Made by a program: the position numbers and the translations under genes
In this document: one piece after another, positions 25,188 through 32,000 of the stretch
How the letters are laid out: every line of letters begins with the position of its first letter
Numbering within the stretch: position 1 is the first letter of the stretch
The notes under the pieces: model-generated
The model's input: only the letters and a program-made list of their open reading frames with translations
What the model was told of the DNA's origin: nothing
Databases searched by the model: none
NCBI GenBank assembly: GCA_041674405.1
Contig: JBAYVT010000003.1
Span: forward strand, 30,001 to 62,000
Length of the DNA: 32,000 nucleotides
Direction of reading: 5' to 3'
DNA from: Patescibacteria group bacterium
Lineage (GTDB): Bacteria; Patescibacteriota; UBA1384; XYA2-FULL-43-10

Positions 25188-25766
25188 TTAGGGAATATTA
25201 AAAGATGCAATTTTAGAAACAATATTGTCAAAAATCTGAAGCACAACAGGCTTTTTGCGGCCAAACATATTTGTAACCATATAAGTATCATGCGAACCAT
25301 TATTATCTTTATAAGCCCCCTTTACCACGCCGATTCCCATGTCAGAATAATCAGGGTTTAAAATATTGTCCCTATGGGCCGGTGATTTCATCCAAGCATT
25401 TACTGTGCCTTCGGCAGTATTAAAATCCATAGCAAGGTTTTCTCCAGCATAAAGATAATTATATCCTGCGCTTATAATAAAATCCCACGGGGCAAGATCA
25501 AACGCATAGTGTTCAAAATAGTTTCGATTTACCATATCCAAAGACTTATTCTTGGCGGCCTGATCGAGGCTTTTATCAATCCTAAGAGGAATTAAACCGT
25601 TTGCAGTTCTTTCGGAATTGATCAATAGCTCAATATTCTCCGGAGTAATTTCTGAGGCAAAAGCACCAGAAATTGAAGTAAAAATAACAATAGCAGCAAC
25701 AATTAGGCCAAAATATGTTTTGAATTTTTTAAAATTATTTACCATTTTTGTATTTGTTTTATTCAT
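25188..25766 (-). CDS. CAP/SCP-domain secreted protein
   Basis: N-terminal signal; LINSERTANGLIPLRIDKSLDQAAKNKSLDMVNRNYFEH...NLAMDFNTAEGTVNAWMKSPAHRDNILNPDYSDMGIGVVKG. Confidence 0.92.
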   Translation of the reverse strand: MNKTNTKMVNNFKKFKTYFGLIVAAIVIFTSISGAFASEITPENIELLINSERTANGLIPLRIDKSLDQAAKNKSLDMVNRNYFEHYAFDLAPWDFIISAGYNYLYAGENLAMDFNTAEGTVNAWMKSPAHRDNILNPDYSDMGIGVVKGAYKDNNGSHDTYMVTNMFGRKKPVVLQIFDNIVSKIASFNIP

Positions 25767-25906
25767 TTTTGTTTTTATTTTGTATTACAGAGTATGAAAT
25801 TATACTATTATATCAATATTCTTCATTCTTGTCAATCCTAGCCAAGCTGATCTTGTTTAACCTTGAATTTATTAGCATAATTCTGTTATTATATCTTCGT
25901 GCGATT

Positions 25907-25981
25907 GGGCCCATAGCTCAGTGGTAGAGCGCCCGGCTCATAACCGGTTGGTCGCAGGTCCGATCCCTGCTGGGCCCACCA
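25907..25981 (+). tRNA. tRNA with CAT anticodon, probably tRNA-Ile2 (TilS substrate)
   Basis: GGGCCCA/TGGGCCC acceptor with C4:G69 and C5:G68, loop CTCATAA, T-arm GCAGG-TCCGATC-CCTGC, ACCA. Confidence 0.85.
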
Positions 25982-26021
25982 AAATACTTTTCGACTGCGA
26001 CAATTAGAATGAAATAAAATT

Positions 26022-26567
26022 TTGAATACGAACAAAGAATTCATGACGCCAGGTAGCCCCGTTTTCGACGATGATTTATATTTGGCGATTTATTTAGTTA
26101 AAAGTCAATCAGGGATAGACAGAATCAGATCAAAAGCCGAAAACGATGGATTTAGGGAGCAAAATAATCTGCACATTACCGTATTGAGTGAAAAAGTATT
26201 TCTTCCGCTACTGCAAGAATCTTCGCCGGCAAAAAGAACCAAAATCATACAGAAAATAATTTCTCTGATTTCGCATACCGACTGGAAATTTAAACTCGAA
26301 GATATTTATTATGTCGCAGGCTTAATACCAGCCGCCAGAACTGGAACCCGTGACGAATATCGAGAATCATACATTAGAACAGTTTGCATGCCAGGATTCA
26401 ATCAATTTATAGAAAATATAAATAACATTCTTGAATCAAGAATCCCCCTTCCTTTTCCGCATATCACCCTCTTTACAAAAGGAGAGGGCAAAAACCCAAA
26501 ATATTACGGAATTCCAATAAATTCAAAAGAAGAATTTCAGGGACTAAAGTCGAGACAAATCCGCTAA
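26022..26567 (+). CDS. 2H phosphoesterase-like protein (2'-5' RNA ligase-like)
   Basis: Two HxT motifs: NLHITVLSE and FPHITLFTKG, with spacing typical of the 2H superfamily. Confidence 0.6.
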   Translation: MNTNKEFMTPGSPVFDDDLYLAIYLVKSQSGIDRIRSKAENDGFREQNNLHITVLSEKVFLPLLQESSPAKRTKIIQKIISLISHTDWKFKLEDIYYVAGLIPAARTGTRDEYRESYIRTVCMPGFNQFIENINNILESRIPLPFPHITLFTKGEGKNPKYYGIPINSKEEFQGLKSRQIR

Positions 26568-26645
26568 ATAACAATTTTTACATGTTTGATTTGTGTTTAA
26601 CCGGTGGTTTCTTGTAAAATATTAGTATAACTAGTGGGGGCAAAA

Positions 26646-28073
26646 GTGACATTCAAGACAAAAAGAATTCTCGAATGGGTAGCATTTTCTTTCTTCGCGC
26701 TACTTCTTTTATTATCCGGATCTCTTTTTTTCTATCAACAAACCTATGCTGGAAAAATTTATCACAGAGTAAAAATTGCAGATATTGAATTATCCGGAAA
26801 GACAAAACAGCAAGCGATAACTCTCTTGGAGAGCAAGAAAACTAATGTTTTGACAAAAAATGTTACGCTCACCGCAGGAGACAAAAGCGCCACAGCAAAG
26901 GTATCCGATACCGGCTTATCGATCGATACAAACAAGTCCGTAAATGAAGCATATGCGGTTGGAAGAAACAATAAATTTCTTGTTCAGATCTATCTTTCCG
27001 CTATGACGATTTTGAAGCCAAATTCAATTAATCTGGCTGTTTCGGTAGATGAAGAAAAATTCAATAGTTTTGTTTCATCACAAATTCCTGGCCTGGGTAT
27101 TGAACCCAAAAATGCGGAGCTAAAAATTGAGAATGGGGTTTTGTCTGAAATTCCAGAGCAATCAGGCCAAGTAGCAAATTCCGGTGACTTGGCACAAAAA
27201 ATAATCTCTTTAAGTGGAAATAACGATACTACAGAGAGTTTTAACATTCCCCTTGAGACAAATGTGGTCGCACCAGAAATCAAAATTGCCGATTTGAGTT
27301 CAGCCGAAGCAGCGGCACAAAAATATTTATCAAGCAACATTGTTTTAAATTATAATTCGCAATCTTATAAACCAACTAAATCGGATATCGGAAAATGGAT
27401 CGTTTTTTCCGTAAGCGAAGGCCTGTATAAAACGAATCTAGATGACAATGTGATCAAAACCTATCTCACCACCATTGCGAAAAATTTTGAAATACAAAGG
27501 GTGGACAAAAAAATTAATGCGGTGGACAATAGCGTAATTGAAGAAGGTAGAGAGGGTTTATATTTGAACAAAGACCAGGCCCTAAAGGATATAAAAAATC
27601 AAATTAATTCTCAGAACTCATTCAGCATCGCCCTTGCGACAACCACCGAGGCACCAAAAGAAGTAAGGGTTTTTCCCGCAGAAGGAATCGTGCCTGGCCG
27701 TTTTGAAGGTAAATACATTGATATAGACCTAGCCCAGCAAAAATTATGCCAAATTGAATTTAATACAATTCTTGCCTGCTATACTATCTCTTCAGGTAAA
27801 GCCTCTACGCCTACTCCGGTTGGCACAAGATACATCCAAGACAAAAATCCAAAGGCTTGGTCAGCTCCATATGGACTCTGGATGCCATGGTGGAATGGAT
27901 TGGGGGGCGGCTATGGAATTCATGAGCTGCCAGAATGGCCAAATGGTTACAAGGAAGGCGAAAGCCACCTGGGCACGCCAGTATCACATGGTTGCGTGCG
28001 ATTAGGCGTTGGCTCAGCACAGGTTGTATATGACTGGGCACCGATCGGAACTCCGGTATACATACACAAATAG
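26646..28073 (+). CDS. L,D-transpeptidase (YkuD) with N-terminal TM and peptidoglycan-binding-like domains
   Basis: TM near N-terminus; C-terminal IHELPEWPNGYKEGESHLGTPVSHGCVRLGVGSAQVVYDWAPIGTPVYI. The track starts at GTG 26634; GTG 26646 behind GGGGG is an alternative. Confidence 0.9.
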   Translation: MTFKTKRILEWVAFSFFALLLLLSGSLFFYQQTYAGKIYHRVKIADIELSGKTKQQAITLLESKKTNVLTKNVTLTAGDKSATAKVSDTGLSIDTNKSVNEAYAVGRNNKFLVQIYLSAMTILKPNSINLAVSVDEEKFNSFVSSQIPGLGIEPKNAELKIENGVLSEIPEQSGQVANSGDLAQKIISLSGNNDTTESFNIPLETNVVAPEIKIADLSSAEAAAQKYLSSNIVLNYNSQSYKPTKSDIGKWIVFSVSEGLYKTNLDDNVIKTYLTTIAKNFEIQRVDKKINAVDNSVIEEGREGLYLNKDQALKDIKNQINSQNSFSIALATTTEAPKEVRVFPAEGIVPGRFEGKYIDIDLAQQKLCQIEFNTILACYTISSGKASTPTPVGTRYIQDKNPKAWSAPYGLWMPWWNGLGGGYGIHELPEWPNGYKEGESHLGTPVSHGCVRLGVGSAQVVYDWAPIGTPVYIHK

Positions 28074-28108
28074 TCCTTAAAGTCTATCGAGTCACAATAC
28101 CTTGAGCT

Positions 28109-28867
28109 CTATTTTGTTACTATTAGGAGCTCTTTTTGTCCGCCGTCGGGATTTTTGACTGACTCAAGAACCGTTTGGTAGAGGTAATAATATCCTTCGC
28201 CCTTCCTCGTTCCAGGATCGTTGGTAATAAATCCAGCGCTATCATAGCCCTTGATCACCAGCATATGGTATTCTGGCCCGCCGTTTGTGAAATTTGGGTT
28301 GCCCAAAAGCCGCCCGTCAGTTGGGACAATTACCGGTACCCCACTAGCAATTAATCGCTTGATTGAATCAACTGAGTAATCAGATAATACTTCGCCAGAT
28401 AGTCCGTAAACATTTTGGGCTAATATAAGAGTTTTTTCAGCAGTAAGATCATAGTGCCCACCCCAATTCTTCATCTGCCAATCTACCATAGAGAGAATAT
28501 CATCGCGCATTGACTCTTTGGACAAAGTTTTTTCGTTTAGATAATATCGAACAATATCGATCGATGCCTCCTCGCAAGCATTCTGCCAAGGCTCAGACCA
28601 GTCGCCAGAAGGAGCCTGGGAAGCGAAAGACATCGAGAGAACTTTTTTTGAGGGAATTTCCAGGGGTTTATCTTCTGAGGCAGTTATTTGAGTCTCCCCT
28701 AAATTCTTCTCGAGAGAAGACTGGGAAATTTCGGCCTCCGTATTTTCAGATTTTTTGTCTTCAATATCAATTTTTGGATATAGCAAAATCAGAGCAGATA
28801 TCAAGAGAATAATGCCGAATATTATTAAACGAAGAGAAAAGGCCCCCTCTTTGTCGTTTTTTTTCAT
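28109..28867 (-). CDS. C39-like cysteine peptidase, membrane-anchored
   Basis: TM LRLIIFGIILLISALILLYP; WQNACEEASIDIVRYYL (Cys), GGPEYHMLVIKGYDSAGFITNDPG (His, Asn/Asp). ATG 28867 preferred to track start 28894. Confidence 0.82.
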   Translation of the reverse strand: MKKNDKEGAFSLRLIIFGIILLISALILLYPKIDIEDKKSENTEAEISQSSLEKNLGETQITASEDKPLEIPSKKVLSMSFASQAPSGDWSEPWQNACEEASIDIVRYYLNEKTLSKESMRDDILSMVDWQMKNWGGHYDLTAEKTLILAQNVYGLSGEVLSDYSVDSIKRLIASGVPVIVPTDGRLLGNPNFTNGGPEYHMLVIKGYDSAGFITNDPGTRKGEGYYYLYQTVLESVKNPDGGQKELLIVTK

Positions 28868-28959
28868 GTGGAGATTATAGAGGAATGGCAACAAAAAATC
28901 AATCTAAACAATATTCTCACAGAATCTGTAGGTGTACTATAATCGTTCAAAAATTGGAC

Positions 28960-31479
28960 TTATAAAATGTCTTTTGAGGACATAGTGATCGAGTCACCTT
29001 TTTGAAGTTCACCCGAAAGAAACTTTTTTGCCAATACATCTTCTAGTTTTTCCTGAATGGCGCGAGACATGGGACGGGCACCCATCTGTGGATCATACCC
29101 TATTCCTGCCAGCTTTACGATCGCATCTGGCATCACAATCAGATTGACCCCTTTGTTTTTAGCAACAATATCGGTAAGATTTTTAACCATTAGAGTTGCA
29201 ATTTTGACTATGTCTTCACGTGTTAATGGAGAAAATACTATAACGCTTGTAAACCTGTTCAAAAATTCCGGACGATAAATATTTTGCTCGATAATATAGT
29301 TCAAGAGATCGTTTTTTACTTTTTCATACTCGACTCCCGACTGAACCGATTGGCGTATTAAATTTGCACCAGCATTGGACGTGGCAATAATAATAGTGTT
29401 TGTAAATGCTACTTTGCGTCCTGACCCATCCGTCAAGTGGCCTTCATCCAAAACCTGCAAAAACAAGTTCAATATATCCGGATGCGCTTTTTCAATCTCA
29501 TCAAACAGAAGAAGGGAAAAAGGCCTTTCTCGCACGGCAGTAGTAAGCACTCCCTGTGTTTCTTCTCCAGAAATATTTGATCCGATAAACCGGTAAATGT
29601 CTTGTTTGTTTTGAAACTCTGACATATCAAATCTAATCATGCGGCTTTCGTCACCAAAATATGCTTCGGCTAAAGCTTTGGCCGTTTCCGTTTTTCCTAC
29701 ACCGGTTGATCCCAAAAACAGAAAAGATCCGATTGGTTTTTTTGTATCCGTCACACCGGCGCGGGAGCGGCGCAAAGCATTGGCAATGGCATTTATCGCC
29801 TCCCCTTGCCCGATCACCCTTTTGTGCATAATGCTTTCAAGATCTAAAAGCTTCTTCTTTTCAGACTCATCAACTTCCCCGCTCGGCACGTCATATTTTT
29901 CAGAAACATAGGCCAAAATATCATCTGGAGTAATAATCGTCTCTCCCCTTTCGGATGTTGCTTTGGCCGATGCTCCATCTAAAAGATTGATCGATTTTTC
30001 AGGATTTGGCTGATTTAAAATAAATTTATCCGCAGCATGGATGGTTTCTTTGATTGCCCCATACGAGATTAATGAATTCGTATGGTATTCGATTTGAGGA
30101 ACAATATCCTCCAATATTCTAACCATTTCATTTTTATCCGGTTCTTCAATGGTTACCCTGGTAAAACGCTCGACCAAGACGCCATTTGTAGCAAAATATT
30201 TATTGTAAGATGAAATATCGCAGGTTCCAACAAAATAAACCCCAGAACCTTCCAAATAAGGAAGGATGACTTCGGATGCATTTACCCTTCCGGCATCTCC
30301 AGAAGAAAACAGATTTTGGATATTTTCAATAAACAGAATAATATTGCCCGCTCTTGTGGCTTCATTTAATATCTCTGTCAATCTTTGCGTGATTTCCCCT
30401 CCGCTTACAGCACCCGAAAGCAGTGAATCAATATCAAGTTTCAAAACATGTTTATTGGAAAGCGAACCCATCGCTTTCCCCTCATAAACCCTCTTCACAA
30501 AACCAAGTGCTGTTGTCTTCTTCCCAACACCAGCTTCTCCAACCAGTAGAACATTGCCTCCAGTTTGTTTGGTAAGCGCTTCTTCCATTGCTTTGATCTC
30601 TTTGTCATGACCCACAATATGCAAATTTAATCCGGTTTCGGCGATAGTTCTGGTAAGATCTTGCGAATATTGTTTCAAAAGGACCGCCGCTCCAAATATC
30701 CAATCCTTACCTACCCCTCCGGTCAACTTTATATTGTCTGGATTTATAAATTTCTTTTTATAATATTTTTCACGGACTTCGGCAGTTTGCCAGTAAACTA
30801 TATTGGCCAAATCTTGAAGTTCAAGCCGATAATCTGACATGAAACGCTGTAATCCTTTGTCCTTTTCACAGAGCGCCACAAAAAGGTCGCCAACCTCAAT
30901 TTGGTGATGAGATTCTGCCTGGGCAATTTTTAGGGCGCGTATAACCAACTGCAAAGTATCAGAATCGCCCGATTCTCCTTCCAGATATTCGCCAACTAAA
31001 TCTTTCGAAGTTCCAATTCTTGCAAGAATAAAAATCATATCCGGCGAATTTAATATGGCTTTTGCGATGTCTTTGGAGGTCGCATTATCGGCATATCCCC
31101 TGAGTCCTCGGGACCATGCTTTTGCTAGTTCAAATGAAAATACCCCGAACAAATTGCATTCCCCGCCGTTAGCAATCGCCTCTACAAATTCATTTAATTC
31201 GTATTGTTTCGGATATCTCACACGAACTTTATAAAATGCTACCGCAGTTAAATACAAAATAAACACGCCAATATCCAGCAAAACCCATCCTCTGTACGGA
31301 TCAATTTCGTTAAAATCAAACCAACTCCCAATATCGGCAACTATAGCGGCAGCAGAAATTAAATAGAATATAAAAACAATAAACTTAAAAAAATAATTCG
31401 AAACAAGGGCATCAATCTTGATCGCTTTAGCAATTATTGTGCCATTTTCTTCAATTTTGCAATTTGAATCTTTCATCAA
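28960..31479 (-). CDS. membrane-anchored Clp/HSP100-type double AAA+ ATPase
   Basis: Two N-terminal TM segments, Clp_N-like region, D1 GEAGVGKKTTA, D2 GSTGVGKTETAKALAEAYFG, LLLFDEIEKAHPDILNLFLQVLDEGHLTDGSGRKVAFTNTIIIATSNAGA, RPEFLNRF. Confidence 0.9.
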   Translation of the reverse strand: MMKDSNCKIEENGTIIAKAIKIDALVSNYFFKFIVFIFYLISAAAIVADIGSWFDFNEIDPYRGWVLLDIGVFILYLTAVAFYKVRVRYPKQYELNEFVEAIANGGECNLFGVFSFELAKAWSRGLRGYADNATSKDIAKAILNSPDMIFILARIGTSKDLVGEYLEGESGDSDTLQLVIRALKIAQAESHHQIEVGDLFVALCEKDKGLQRFMSDYRLELQDLANIVYWQTAEVREKYYKKKFINPDNIKLTGGVGKDWIFGAAVLLKQYSQDLTRTIAETGLNLHIVGHDKEIKAMEEALTKQTGGNVLLVGEAGVGKKTTALGFVKRVYEGKAMGSLSNKHVLKLDIDSLLSGAVSGGEITQRLTEILNEATRAGNIILFIENIQNLFSSGDAGRVNASEVILPYLEGSGVYFVGTCDISSYNKYFATNGVLVERFTRVTIEEPDKNEMVRILEDIVPQIEYHTNSLISYGAIKETIHAADKFILNQPNPEKSINLLDGASAKATSERGETIITPDDILAYVSEKYDVPSGEVDESEKKKLLDLESIMHKRVIGQGEAINAIANALRRSRAGVTDTKKPIGSFLFLGSTGVGKTETAKALAEAYFGDESRMIRFDMSEFQNKQDIYRFIGSNISGEETQGVLTTAVRERPFSLLLFDEIEKAHPDILNLFLQVLDEGHLTDGSGRKVAFTNTIIIATSNAGANLIRQSVQSGVEYEKVKNDLLNYIIEQNIYRPEFLNRFTSVIVFSPLTREDIVKIATLMVKNLTDIVAKNKGVNLIVMPDAIVKLAGIGYDPQMGARPMSRAIQEKLEDVLAKKFLSGELQKGDSITMSSKDIL

Positions 31480-31859
31480 AATGCCCTGATCCCTCTAATG
31501 ATCAAATATACTGCCAAAACTGGAACCAAGGGCCAGGCGATCACCATAATAATTGACCCGGCTAAAGTAAAAATCGAGGACACTAAATACGAAAAAAGCG
31601 TCATTAATTTAATAATGAAACCAGTAAACCTTGAAGCTAAATTCAGAGTCCAGGCCTTGAATTTTTCCTGTAGAGTAAGGCCCTCATAATTTATAAGGTC
31701 CCGCTTCCACGGAGAAAACAGGGTCGTAATACACACTTTCACCGAAAAAAGATCAAAATTTATAATAAAAAACGCGCGAATGTACTTAAAAAGACGGCCG
31801 TATGCGTACCCATACCACCAAGAAAGATATAGGATCGGTAAACTGGTTGTCCCCTCCAT
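31476..31859 (-). CDS. hypothetical membrane protein
   Basis: Overlaps the downstream Clp-type gene start by 4 nt (ATGA); hydrophobic C-terminal half. Confidence 0.6.
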   Translation of the reverse strand: MEGTTSLPILYLSWWYGYAYGRLFKYIRAFFIINFDLFSVKVCITTLFSPWKRDLINYEGLTLQEKFKAWTLNLASRFTGFIIKLMTLFSYLVSSIFTLAGSIIMVIAWPLVPVLAVYLIIRGIRAF

Positions 31860-31923
31860 TCGAATCCTCGTATCAAGTATTGTGCATTAAGCCTAATACT
31901 TTATTCTTAATACTTTATTCTCA

Positions 31924-32000
31924 TTATTCAATCTCTATCGCATCAACTGGGCAATGGTCTGCCGCTTCCTTTGCTTTTTCAAAATCTGAGCACCCTTTTT
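31924..32000 (-). CDS. 4Fe-4S ferredoxin, 3' end (truncated by window edge)
   Basis: Reverse-strand translation KKGCSDFEKAKEAADHCPVDAIEIE* (CPVDAI ferredoxin C-terminus). Confidence 0.75.
   Translation of the reverse strand, partial: KGCSDFEKAKEAADHCPVDAIEIE

Noticed and set aside
26915-26930. TATCGATCGATA-type palindrome as a family member
   Set aside because: Lies inside the L,D-transpeptidase coding sequence, is short and lacks the distal GTA/TAC anchors. The CGATCG instances at about 7592 (Cas2/PaaX-like gene) and 15408 (murJ region) were rejected for the same reason.
31830-31890. tRNA-like TTCGAATCC string near the window end
   Set aside because: The TTCGAATCC fragment lacks a matching acceptor, D-arm or anticodon arm, so no complete tRNA can be folded.

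Overview
32 kb bacterial chromosomal window, compact and operonic. The gene content would fit a Patescibacteria/CPR-type genome, but that placement is inference. Supported genes include uvrA (partial), a HAD phosphatase-cupin fusion, a Y-family polymerase, DUF456 and Phage_holin_4_2-type membrane proteins, an SDR, a wHTH + Cas2/PaaX-C-like protein, lepA, nfo, a metallophosphoesterase, murJ, ftsH, tilS, a TasA/camelysin-SipW-like secretion operon, a DivIC-like protein, a fibronectin-III surface protein, a CAP protein, a 2H phosphoesterase, an L,D-transpeptidase, a C39-like peptidase, a membrane-anchored double-AAA+ Clp ATPase and a ferredoxin 3' end. There are four tRNA genes: Lys-TTT and three with a CAT anticodon. 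The most unusual signal is a dispersed family of five intergenic palindromes with fixed geometry, YGTA-N10-CRCGRYCGYG-N10-TACR (38 bp), at 2238, 7258, 7896, 11531 and 19128. Two of them bracket the Cas2/PaaX-like gene, and one of these sits in its putative leaderless promoter. Other notable signals are an approximately 60-bp CTAG heptad array between two tRNAs, a SipW-type signal attached to a lamin-tail domain, and a Clp ATPase with N-terminal TM segments, a degenerate D1 Walker B and no evident ClpP-binding tripeptide. All family calls come from reading sequence motifs; no database search was run.
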